A program made the translations under genes and the position numbers. A DNA stretch of 64,000 bases, taken from the IMG/VR virus record IMGVR_UViG_3300006120_000020; one strand, written 5' to 3'. The stretch is from an uncultured virus (IMG/VR IMGVR_UViG_3300006120_000020) (taxonomy: Duplodnaviria > Heunggongvirae > Uroviricota > Caudoviricetes). Under the pieces are notes generated by a model. The model did no database searches, was not told the origin of the DNA, and saw only the letters and a program-made list of their open reading frames with translations. The number at the start of each line of letters is the position of its first letter. The first letter of the stretch is position 1. Shown piece after piece: positions 49,883 to 57,523 of this stretch.

Positions 49883-49947
49883 AACAGGATAGAATTTTTA
49901 CGGTTTAGATTAAAAGTCTAATGTATAATTTTTGCTGTTACTATCCT
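49883..49947 (-). ncRNA. stem-CAGCAA RNA 4 with Lys(TTT)-type anticodon stem-loop
   Basis: AGGATAG-TAA-CAGCAA..TTAGA-CTTTTAA-TCTAA..CTATCCT-GTT. Confidence 0.7.
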
Positions 49948-49952
49948 AAATC

Positions 49953-50026
49953 TGGTACCCTGACCAAGAATCGAACTTGGGTCACACGATTATCAGTCGT
50001 GGGCTCTGCCATTGAGCTATCGGGGT
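49953..50026 (-). tRNA. tRNA-Ile(GAT)
   Basis: cloverleaf, CCA. Confidence 0.92.
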
Positions 50027-50031
50027 ATATA

Positions 50032-50108
50032 TGGTGCGCTCGGAGGGATTCGAACCCCCACCTCACGACTTCGTAGGACGGAACACTCTCCAGTTGTGCT
50101 ACGAGCGC
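50032..50108 (-). tRNA. tRNA-Arg(ACG)
   Basis: cloverleaf with weak anticodon stem, CCA. Confidence 0.88.
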
Positions 50109-50114
50109 ATTATT

Positions 50115-50190
50115 TGGTGGTTCAGGTGAGACTCAAACTCACGATAGGCACCGTATGAAGATGCTGCATTAGTCGCTTTGCTACTGAACC
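50115..50190 (-). tRNA. tRNA-Met(CAT), elongator-like
   Basis: cloverleaf, CCA, A19:U56 variant. Confidence 0.85.
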
Positions 50191-50317
50191 ATATAGAAAC
50201 ACTCTGCCGAGTCCTTGAATCTCATGGTGACCCTACTTCACGGCAGGTTCTTGCATTGGTCGACATTTGCAAGTTTACTGTTTATCCGCTGTAGTCACTC
50301 AGAATGTTTTTATATGG
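50189..50317 (-). ncRNA. stem-closed inter-tRNA RNA cassette B
   Basis: CCATATAAAAACATTCTG...CAGAGTGTTTCTATATGG. Confidence 0.5.
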
Positions 50318-50389
50318 TGGAGGCCGAGGAAATCGAATCCTTCTAGACATTCTCCTTGCAAGGGAGAACCGCAGCCCACTGCTGCCCCC
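50315..50389 (-). tRNA. tRNA-Ala(TGC), shortened D arm
   Basis: G3:U70, TGC anticodon, T arm, CCA. Confidence 0.8.
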
Positions 50390-50441
50390 ATATAACTGAT
50401 TACTTATCTCATTGTACGCCATCAGTCAAGGCGAAATCATT

Positions 50442-50518
<77 letters not shown>

Positions 50519-50526
50519 ATAAAATC

Positions 50527-50583
50527 AACAGGATACCTTTTCTTTTTTCCAATAAAAAGTTTTTTGCTTGCTGCAAGTATCCT
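50527..50583 (-). ncRNA. stem-CAGCAA RNA 5 (minimal)
   Basis: AGGATAC-TTG-CAGCAA...GTATCCT-GTT. Confidence 0.65.
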
Positions 50584-50588
50584 AAAAA

Positions 50589-50663
50589 TGGCTCCACAGG
50601 CAGGGATCGAACCTACGACCAAGTGATTAACAGTCACCTGCACTACCGCTGTGCTACTGTGGA
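50589..50663 (-). tRNA. tRNA-Asn(GTT)
   Basis: cloverleaf, CCA. Confidence 0.93.
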
Positions 50664-50670
50664 ATAAAAC

Positions 50671-50745
50671 TGGCGCCCCGTAGGAGAGTCGAACTCCTGT
50701 TCTCCGCTGGACAGGCGGGCATAATAGCCGTTATATTAACGGGGC
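50671..50745 (-). tRNA. tRNA-Asp(GTC)
   Basis: cloverleaf, CCA; C37. Confidence 0.88.
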
Positions 50746-50750
50746 GAATT

Positions 50751-50836
50751 TGGTGGAGACAGATGGATTCGAACCACCGTGCTTTTTAGGGGCCAGATTT
50801 ACAGTCTGGTGCAATCAACCGCTCTGCCATGTCTCC
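50751..50836 (-). tRNA. tRNA-Tyr(GTA)
   Basis: cloverleaf with long variable region, CCA. Confidence 0.92.
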
Positions 50837-50845
50837 ATAACTTTT

Positions 50846-50920
50846 TGGTAGGGGCACAGAGAATCGAACTCTGATTTGCTGGTTAAAAGCCAGCTACTTT
50901 AGCCGTTAAGTTATACCCCC
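50846..50920 (-). tRNA. tRNA-Lys(TTT)
   Basis: cloverleaf, CCA. Confidence 0.92.
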
Positions 50921-50921
50921 A

Positions 50922-51048
50922 TATCATTTGTTTTGCTGACGCACTATTTGCTACGCTCAACGGAATTGGTGGCCACACTACCGTTTATGTACGCAGTTAC
51001 TCGGGGTTGACGTTTCCCCCGTGGCTTACATCAGCAAAACAAATGATA
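50922..51048 (-). ncRNA. stem-closed RNA cassette E
   Basis: perfect 18-bp inverted repeat 50922-50939 / 51031-51048. Confidence 0.55.
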
Positions 51049-51257
51049 CCATACTAAAACACATTAGGGTGTCAATGCCTTTACCACCAGGGTCTTCTCA
51101 CGGTGCCGTCCACCGATAAGGCAATGTCCACATTACACTTCAACTTTATCCAGCACCATCGGAAGGCTTCATGTGATTATGGCCAGAGTCAGCACGGCTG
51201 CTGAAATTCTCTGCCAGTCACCTACTGGAGTTGGTAACCCAATGTGTTTTAGTATGG
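51049..51257 (-). ncRNA. stem-closed RNA cassette D
   Basis: perfect 17-bp inverted repeat 51049-51065 / 51241-51257. Confidence 0.55.
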
Positions 51258-51329
51258 TACACGATACGAGAATCGAACTCGTCTTTCCGCCTTGAAAGGG
51301 CAGCGTCCTAACCGATAGACGAATCGTGC
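51255..51329 (-). tRNA. tRNA-Glu(TTC)
   Basis: cloverleaf, CCA. Confidence 0.92.
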
Positions 51330-51331
51330 AT

Positions 51332-51415
51332 TTGACTCTACAAATTTTTAAAGAACAAGTAAGTATTGTATCAGAACATCACTTACTTGGCAACCAGTTG
51401 TTGTATGATTACAAC
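51332..51415 (-). promoter_or_regulatory. promoter + palindrome + boxA-like leader
   Basis: TTGCCA-17-TACAAT, GTTGTATGATTACAAC, TGTTCTTTAAAAA. Confidence 0.75.
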
Positions 51416-51452
51416 ATCTGTTTTTTGTTTCGATTTCTCAAAACATGAATGT

Positions 51453-51503
51453 ATTGTATCACAACCAGATAGTTTGTCAACCGTCTTGTTGTTTTTTTAC
51501 AAC
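51453..51503 (-). promoter_or_regulatory. tandem promoter with palindrome
   Basis: TTGACA-16-TACAAT, GTTGTTTTTTTACAAC. Confidence 0.7.
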
Positions 51504-51504
51504 T

Positions 51505-51580
51505 TGGAGTAGGCAACAGGAGTCGAACCTGCATATACTGAGTTTGCAATCCAGTCCCTAGCCATTCGGGTCATGCCTAC
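51505..51580 (-). tRNA. tRNA-Cys(GCA)
   Basis: cloverleaf, U73, CCA. Confidence 0.9.
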
Positions 51581-51813
51581 ACTAACTTTTTCCTTGAACT
51601 ACGGTGTGTTTCATCACGCCTCATAGTCCAATCGTATGTTCCACCATCCGGTAGAACTTTGTTTTCTACTGCATCAACACCAAACTTACCCACAATTTCC
51701 GTGGTTCCATCGGTGATGGTTACAAATTCGTTTGTTTCATTGGTTGCAAACTTCATTGCTTCATCCAATGTTTTGAAAAAACAATCACGATCACTCAAAT
51801 AAACTTTCCACAT
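51577..51813 (-). CDS. hypothetical protein
   Basis: EIVGKFGVDAV..LPDG.Y.W motif. Confidence 0.7.
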   Translation of the reverse strand: MWKVYLSDRDCFFKTLDEAMKFATNETNEFVTITDGTTEIVGKFGVDAVENKVLPDGGTYDWTMRRDETHRSSRKKLV

Positions 51814-51828
51814 AATCTCACTTTCATT

Positions 51829-51920
51829 TGGTACCTCGGGAAGGAATCGAACCTTCTCAAGAACGCTAATCTGGCGCTAAAAGTCTTATAAGGACTCTCT
51901 GACTACCAAGCCACCGAGGC
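51829..51920 (-). tRNA. atypical tRNA with TAT anticodon (Ile?), long variable arm
   Basis: 7-bp acceptor, 4-nt D loop, 7-bp anticodon stem, V arm, T arm, CCA. Confidence 0.75.
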
Positions 51921-51923
51921 ATT

Positions 51924-52015
51924 TGGTGGTGAGTGTGGGATTTGAACCCACGGTGCATATTTCTACACACAACAACTTAGCAGGTTGCCGATTTAAACCG
52001 CTCATCCAACTCACC
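51924..52015 (-). tRNA. tRNA-Ser(GCT)
   Basis: cloverleaf, long V arm, CCA. Confidence 0.92.
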
Positions 52016-52021
52016 GTTGTT

Positions 52022-52113
52022 TGGTGGAAGCGGTGAGATTCGAACTCACGGACCCATTCCTGAGCCGGCAGTTTTCAAGACTGCTGCCATAAACCAGACT
52101 CGACCACGCTTCC
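52022..52113 (-). tRNA. tRNA-Ser(TGA)
   Basis: cloverleaf, long V arm, CCA. Confidence 0.92.
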
Positions 52114-52192
52114 ATATAGAAACACACTAACGGACCGTAATAGACAATCCTCTCCACCGTAAAAGACAGCAGAGTAATGTGTTTTTATATGG
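52112..52192 (-). ncRNA. stem-closed inter-tRNA RNA cassette C
   Basis: CCATATAAAAACACATTA...TAGTGTGTTTCTATATGG. Confidence 0.5.
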
Positions 52193-52265
52193 CACCCCGT
52201 ATTGGATTCGAACCAATGATACCGATTTCAAAGACCGGTGCCTTAGACCACTAGGCGAACAGGGA
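52190..52265 (-). tRNA. tRNA-Gln(TTG)
   Basis: cloverleaf, CCA. Confidence 0.92.
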
Positions 52266-52273
52266 ACAATTTT

Positions 52274-52357
52274 TTGACTCTACAAATTTTTAAAGAACAT
52301 GTGTGTATTGTATCAGAACCGAGATTCTTGTCAATACACTTGTTGTTTCAAAACAAC
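52274..52357 (-). promoter_or_regulatory. promoter + palindrome + boxA-like leader at the head of the tRNA array
   Basis: TTGACA-16-TACAAT, GTTGTTTCAAAACAAC, TGTTCTTTAAAAA. Confidence 0.75.
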
Positions 52358-52396
52358 AAACAAAAAACCCTAGTAGATTTCTCTGACTAGGGTTTT
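52358..52396 (-). terminator. intrinsic terminator (attenuator 3:4 hairpin)
   Basis: AAAACCCTAGT/ACTAGGGTTTT followed by TTGTTT. Confidence 0.8.
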
Positions 52397-52423
52397 GCGT
52401 TTGGTATCTTTTTTAGAACTTTG

Positions 52424-52549
52424 TTATTCGTCCCATCCCTCTACACAAAACCCACCTTTTTGAATCGCCCATGAGCTATCACCACAATTATTTGTAACTG
52501 TGCGATACTCTGGTTGCAACGAAAAGGGTTTATGGGATATGAGAGACAC
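52424..52549 (-). CDS. putative attenuator leader peptide (41 aa, all 20 amino acids)
   Basis: GTG start; MSLISHKPFSLQPEYRTVTNNCGDSSWAIQKGGFCVEGWDE; lies between a promoter and a terminator. Confidence 0.65.
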   Translation of the reverse strand: MSLISHKPFSLQPEYRTVTNNCGDSSWAIQKGGFCVEGWDE

Positions 52550-52582
52550 GAATTTTCTTTCTAAAAATTTTTCAATGTTTGT

Positions 52583-52611
52583 ATTATATAGGAACTTTTG
52601 AGCCTTGGCAA
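52583..52611 (-). promoter_or_regulatory. promoter of the leader-peptide transcript
   Basis: TTGCCA-17-TATAAT; ATAAATA late-type motif just upstream (~52626). Confidence 0.65.
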
Positions 52612-52636
52612 CAACTATTTTGGTATATTTATTAAA

Positions 52637-53398
52637 TTATTTTCTTTCGATATCTTCTTCATCACATTCAAGACCATATTGTATCTCTACAATCTTGCAA
52701 GGATGATCGAATGGATTAGTTAGTTGGTGCCATGAACCTACAGGCACTTTGTATTCATCGTGTTTGTTTAACAACAGAGGAGGTAATGCATAACCACCAT
52801 TCATCATACTATTCACAACACAACAACCTTCACTAACGATCCAATACTCAGCACGATGTGAATGTCTTTGCATACTCAAAGATTTGCCAGGTTCTACAGT
52901 CAACTCTTTGACTTTCATTCCAGGTACTTCATGTAGAACACGATAGTAACCCCAAGCTCTGTCAGTCTTTGGTGCTTTCCATTCTTTTAGAATCCATGAA
53001 GAAGAATTTTTCTTATTCTCACCACCTACACCAAAAACAAATTCAAGGTTGTCATCTACAACATCCATTTCTGGAATATTTGATTGTGTTCTATCACCAC
53101 CGTTTGCAAAAATAATTCTTGCATCTGGCCAGATTTCTCTTACTTTTAAAATTGCAGCTCTGCTTGAATTGTCATCATCGTTATATGTGATAACTGCATC
53201 AAGGATTGAAAGGTGTTCTATGATTGTTTTGCGTTCATTCAAAGGCATAAACGCACGACCTTTTTTGCGTTCTAACCATGCATCACTATTCAAACCAACA
53301 ATCAATAAGTCGCCGAGTTTTGCGGCTTCTTTAAAATATTGAATGTGACCTGAATGTAGAGGATCAAATCCTCCTGTCACTAACACAATCTTCTGCAT
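52637..53398 (-). CDS. cytidylyltransferase + cupin (mannose-6-phosphate-isomerase-like) fusion
   Basis: GGFDPLHSGH, ANGGDR, SLSMQRH..EYW. Confidence 0.9.
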   Translation of the reverse strand: MQKIVLVTGGFDPLHSGHIQYFKEAAKLGDLLIVGLNSDAWLERKKGRAFMPLNERKTIIEHLSILDAVITYNDDDNSSRAAILKVREIWPDARIIFANGGDRTQSNIPEMDVVDDNLEFVFGVGGENKKNSSSWILKEWKAPKTDRAWGYYRVLHEVPGMKVKELTVEPGKSLSMQRHSHRAEYWIVSEGCCVVNSMMNGGYALPPLLLNKHDEYKVPVGSWHQLTNPFDHPCKIVEIQYGLECDEEDIERK

Positions 53399-53900
53399 AA
53401 CGTTTCCATCCTAAAGGTATCTTTTCAATTGGAGAGTCTGGATTGGCAATACCTTCAAAGACTTCCCACAATTTTTCTTTCACCACAAATTTGTTAAGTA
53501 GGCCTACTGCCATACCATAAGCTTCAATTTCCCACGGTTGACTGTAGTAATCTACATCATCAGATATATATTCACCTTTCCATCTGGTTAGGCGTTCGTT
53601 GGTTTCACTGTAAGCATACTGTTTGACATGCACCATTTCATGTGCAATGGTTTCCAAGATTTCTCTTGCACCGATATTTGGATTTACTTCTACCAAAAAT
53701 TCTCTGGCTTTACCAGAGTATGTGTATTCCTCAACAGATGCGTATCCACAAACCTCAAGTGATTTATCAAACTTGATGGTTAAGTGTATGTTTTCCAACA
53801 TATTTTTAGTCATTAGTTCTTCTGCAAAGAAGTGTGTTGCACGCTTCACAAAAGGACGAAATCTTTCTTTATCGGGACATTTTATGATACTTAGTTGCAT
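53364..53900 (-). CDS. putative metallopeptidase
   Basis: AHEMVHVKQ..PWEIEA. Confidence 0.8.
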   Translation of the reverse strand: MQLSIIKCPDKERFRPFVKRATHFFAEELMTKNMLENIHLTIKFDKSLEVCGYASVEEYTYSGKAREFLVEVNPNIGAREILETIAHEMVHVKQYAYSETNERLTRWKGEYISDDVDYYSQPWEIEAYGMAVGLLNKFVVKEKLWEVFEGIANPDSPIEKIPLGWKRYAEDCVSDRRI

Positions 53901-53931
53901 CAGTTTCTCCAAGGAGTTGTCCTCGACCTAT

Positions 53932-54366
53932 TTATCGAATCTGCTCTACCTTAACTCCGGCTTTTTCAAGGAATAAAATTCCACTATCATTCCGGTAAGC
54001 ATCACGATAGAACACGTTACTGATGCCACTCTGATATACCAACTTGGCACAGTCCAAACAAGGAGCGTGGGTAACGAACATAGTAGCGCCATCACCAGAT
54101 TCGGTCGATTTAGCCAACTTTGCAATCGCATTTGTTTCAGCATGTAAAACCTCAGCTTTAGTTACCAGTTCTGTTATTTTTGTTTGTTCATTAGTGAATT
54201 CAAACTCGCAATTATTGTTCCAACCGGATGGCATTCCGTTATAACCAATACTTATGATACGGTCATCTTTGACAATAATGGCACCAACATGAAGTCGTCT
54301 GGCAGAAGACAATCCTGCGAAAGTCTCTGCCACCCTCATATACGCATTACGAAACTTTTCTTTCAT
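53932..54366 (-). CDS. cd: dCMP deaminase
   Basis: HAE, PCLDC, GYNG. Confidence 0.93.
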   Translation of the reverse strand: MKEKFRNAYMRVAETFAGLSSARRLHVGAIIVKDDRIISIGYNGMPSGWNNNCEFEFTNEQTKITELVTKAEVLHAETNAIAKLAKSTESGDGATMFVTHAPCLDCAKLVYQSGISNVFYRDAYRNDSGILFLEKAGVKVEQIR

Positions 54367-54494
54367 TCCATCAACACATAATCATTTTTAGAAACACCAC
54401 ATTCTGGACAGTTGACTTCATCAGGAAGACTCAACCAGTCTGCTTCAGACAATTGGTGGCCACAAACTACACAAACGTAAATTCTTTCGCTCAT
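54363..54494 (-). CDS. rubredoxin (43 aa)
   Basis: YVCVVCGH..LPDEVNCPECG; not in ORF track. Confidence 0.85.
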   Translation of the reverse strand: MSERIYVCVVCGHQLSEADWLSLPDEVNCPECGVSKNDYVLME

Positions 54495-54940
54495 TTCATT
54501 TCTCCTAGTTTAACTTGATATGCTTCTGCATGACGTTTTTCAACTTTAGCCAATGCAGCAAAACGTTTCTCAGCCATCTCTAGAACTTTCTTGAATTGTT
54601 CCGCATGTTGTTGAGACTCGTCAACCTGTTCTTGGAATTCTGTTACTGCACGATGACCTTCTTGTTGTGCATCGGTAACAAAACCAGGATACATGGTTGT
54701 GAATTCATGTGTCTCACCTTCAATGGCAAGTTCTAAGCATTTCTTAGTTGTTGGTTTACCAATTAGTAACTCTAAATGACCCCATGCATGGAGAATTTCT
54801 TGGTCAGCAGTGTGTTCGAAGTGTTTTGCAACTTCTTCAAAGCCTTCTGCACGAGCCAACTTAGCAAAATAACGGTACTTGATGTGAGCCATTGATTCGC
54901 CTGCCAATGCACTCTCAAGATTTTTCATTGTAACTGACAT
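54491..54940 (-). CDS. rubrerythrin
   Basis: AGES.A..Y, EILHA, GETHE..MYP, EQQH, EKRH. Confidence 0.9.
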   Translation of the reverse strand: MSVTMKNLESALAGESMAHIKYRYFAKLARAEGFEEVAKHFEHTADQEILHAWGHLELLIGKPTTKKCLELAIEGETHEFTTMYPGFVTDAQQEGHRAVTEFQEQVDESQQHAEQFKKVLEMAEKRFAALAKVEKRHAEAYQVKLGEMK

Positions 54941-55010
54941 ATTTTTCCTTTATAAAGTTTAGCAATCAAATAATTACTTATGATAGTATATCACTATTTT
55001 CATCAAAAGT

Positions 55011-55232
55011 CTAATTGTTATTTTTAATCGTGGTGATAGTGTCGTTACTTTGGGTAATTTTTGATTCTTCCGGTACCGATGGTGGGTACTCTAAGAACTT
55101 AAACATCTGAATTGGCTTCCAGTATCGGTGTATGATGTTGTTAATTACTACAACAGTAGATACAAAAATAATAAGAGATAACCCAGTCAAAATACTACCT
55201 GCAAGCACTTCTGCTGCTACATCCATATCCAT
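55011..55232 (-). CDS. membrane hypothetical protein
   Basis: GAAGGAG RBS, one TM. Confidence 0.6.
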   Translation of the reverse strand: MDMDVAAEVLAGSILTGLSLIIFVSTVVVINNIIHRYWKPIQMFKFLEYPPSVPEESKITQSNDTITTIKNNN

Positions 55233-55250
55233 AATATACTCCTTCAAAAA

Positions 55251-55317
<67 letters not shown>

Positions 55318-55327
<10 letters not shown>

Positions 55328-55905
55328 AATAATGATTTAAAAATTTGTTGTTGTAAAGATACCGCCTTATCAACAAACGCAAGATTATCAAAGTACTTAT
55401 CATCAAAGTAGGATTGAATTTTACCTTTTGTTGCCTGAATAGTGGCTTCTTTTTCACCTTGTGCAATCGTTACAACAGTCATGCCATTTTTCTTGGCGAT
55501 GTGTTGCATTACCTTATTATCTGATAGGCATTGAGTGAATAGAGTCTTTGCGCCTTTAGACATTGCCCATGTTGCACCACGAATGAATAACTCTTGGCCT
55601 AGACCTTGGCCACGAAATTCTGGTGAAACGGTGAATCCCATTTCAGCAGAATAATCACCATCTTTGCTTAGTGGATAAAAAGTAACATGAACAGAGCCAA
55701 CAACCCCAGCGTTTTCGTGTTCAACAATAAACCACATGTTCTTGAAACCAAATTCATCAAAGGCCTTATCTAAGTAGTCAATTATATTAGCATCGGATGC
55801 AGCATAACCAAACCTCAGATAACGGTCATGACCAACAATATCTTCTAGAAAATGGTCGTATAACCGGTTCGCATCTTCTTCGGTTGCAATTTTACGTGGA
55901 ATCAT
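55318..55905 (-). CDS. GNAT acetyltransferase
   Basis: RYLRFG, VSPEFRGQGLG, N..MQHIA. Confidence 0.85.
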
Positions 55906-56090
55906 TTCACTCTTTCCAAAGAATCTTTACGCATCCAATGTGATACTTGTGTCAGTTCTTGTGAAGGTTCACGTTTACAGACAGACAAAAACTCCACACC
56001 ATCAATTTCTTGGGTTGGCCAGTGTTTGAATGTGTACACAATTTCTCTTGAAGAAACCACTCGCATTTTAATAAAGTCTAATTTTTTCAT
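55902..56090 (-). CDS. hypothetical protein
   Basis: EIDGVEF..MRKDSLE. Confidence 0.65.
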   Translation of the reverse strand: MKKLDFIKMRVVSSREIVYTFKHWPTQEIDGVEFLSVCKREPSQELTQVSHWMRKDSLERVK

Positions 56091-56109
56091 AATATCACCA
56101 TTATACATG

Positions 56110-56137
56110 AAAAAAAAGGGTCTGTCAAGACCCTTTT
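56110..56137 (-). terminator. intrinsic terminator after hsp20
   Basis: AAAAGGGTCT/AGACCCTTTT followed by T tract. Confidence 0.7.
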
Positions 56138-56141
56138 CTTA

Positions 56142-56567
56142 TTACTCTTTAGAGAATAGGGGAATCTTTTTGATGGCGTCTTGCATCTTTACCATATTAG
56201 ACAAACCTATCTTCAACATACCGTTTACCAATTCGGCATTTTCAATTTCTACCTTATCGGCAATAGTGAATTCATGTGTGAAGTTTCGGTTAGCAATTCC
56301 TTTGTAGATGAAAGTATCTGGTTCATCCTCTTTAGCGTTGCCTTTAACGACAAGCTTGTTACCTTCTAGAGTAACTTCAATATCTTGTTTACCAAAACCA
56401 GCAACAGCCATTTCAATGACGTATTCGTTTTCGGACAACTGTTTGATATTGTATGGAGGGAATGCCGCTTTCTGTAGTTTTTTTGAAGCCTTTTCAAGTT
56501 CTTCAAAAACATCGGTGAAACCGATTGTGAAAGGGTCGAAGCGATGGAAGTTGAACATGTCGTTCAT
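56142..56567 (-). CDS. small heat shock protein Hsp20 (IbpA-like)
   Basis: FPPYNI, AVAGF, KGIANRNF, NGML. Confidence 0.93.
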   Translation of the reverse strand: MNDMFNFHRFDPFTIGFTDVFEELEKASKKLQKAAFPPYNIKQLSENEYVIEMAVAGFGKQDIEVTLEGNKLVVKGNAKEDEPDTFIYKGIANRNFTHEFTIADKVEIENAELVNGMLKIGLSNMVKMQDAIKKIPLFSKE

Positions 56568-56569
56568 AG

Positions 56570-56720
56570 TTTTCTCCTTAAATAAGCAAGTTAAATTTTT
56601 GATACCCCGAAGGCATATCGTTGGTGCTGGTTACGTTTTCCAGCGGTGATGACGTACACCCGTTTTAATACGCTCCTAAGGTAGGTGGAGCACCTTTTTC
56701 CCATCCCGATGGGACTGAGA
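56570..56720 (-). ncRNA. structured 5' leader of hsp20
   Basis: five hairpins including a TACGT/ACGTA loop-loop complement. Confidence 0.45.
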
Positions 56721-56729
56721 TACAATTAT

Positions 56730-57137
56730 TTATACAGCTTTCGTCTTATTTCCGATGTTATATTTCGGTACTAATTGCCATTCACCTTTCTCTTTATGAG
56801 ACAAGATTTTCACCTGTGACAAGAAAATTGGTTCTGGTGTTTTGGTTGAATCTTTATTTACCAAAGCAATCAAGCCCCAGTCTTGCAACAAGTTTGCAAT
56901 AGCGTTTCTACGAGACAAATCATTATCTGTAATGTCTGTTGGTTTTCCGTCAAGTGCAAACAACTCTTTGAAATGCACGATGTAGTACTTACCTTGCTTG
57001 TGTAGAATGTGGCAAGATTGGTACAAGGTTTTATCTTTTTTGGAAGCTACACCAATTCGAGTTAGTGTCTCTCTTACTTTTAGGAAATCATCTTTCTCAT
57101 TCAGTGTAACTTCAATTAAACTGGAAATATCTTTCAT
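56730..57137 (-). CDS. regA: translational repressor RegA
   Basis: FLKVRETLTRIG..QSCHILHK..HFKELF. Confidence 0.97.
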   Translation of the reverse strand: MKDISSLIEVTLNEKDDFLKVRETLTRIGVASKKDKTLYQSCHILHKQGKYYIVHFKELFALDGKPTDITDNDLSRRNAIANLLQDWGLIALVNKDSTKTPEPIFLSQVKILSHKEKGEWQLVPKYNIGNKTKAV

Positions 57138-57523
57138 TTCACTCCGCCTTTATCTGTTTTTATTCTTATTTCAGCGATTTGTTCTTTAGTCAGAATAGCC
57201 AAGGCTTCTTTGGCTCTTTGGTTATTGTAACCAAAGTATTCTTTGACGCAATCAATATCTTTATCTGCCGATGGTTTCTGCCATGGTTGGAACTTACGTT
57301 TCATCGGCCTAATACTATTTAGAAGATAATGATATTGCATATCCTTATCCATGGATGGATGTTGGTTCAAATCATTGACATACAACACACAGTCCATATG
57401 ATAAGACAAAGCACGATTCACCACAAAAGGAACGTAGTCTTTGTAATCTGAATCTTCAGGAAAGACTGACTTACCTTTTGTAAGAATTGACGGAATGATT
57501 TCTTTGAATAGGTCTAACATCAC
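57134..57523 (-). CDS. gp62: clamp loader small subunit (gp62)
   Basis: Y.PFVVNRALS, between gp44 and regA. Confidence 0.92.
   Translation of the reverse strand: MMLDLFKEIIPSILTKGKSVFPEDSDYKDYVPFVVNRALSYHMDCVLYVNDLNQHPSMDKDMQYHYLLNSIRPMKRKFQPWQKPSADKDIDCVKEYFGYNNQRAKEALAILTKEQIAEIRIKTDKGGVK

Noticed and set aside
50931..51040. CAGCAAAA in cassette E as a sixth CAGCAA RNA
   Set aside because: Here the motif is base-paired inside the 18-bp stem and lacks the 7-bp stem + 3 nt / GTT architecture.
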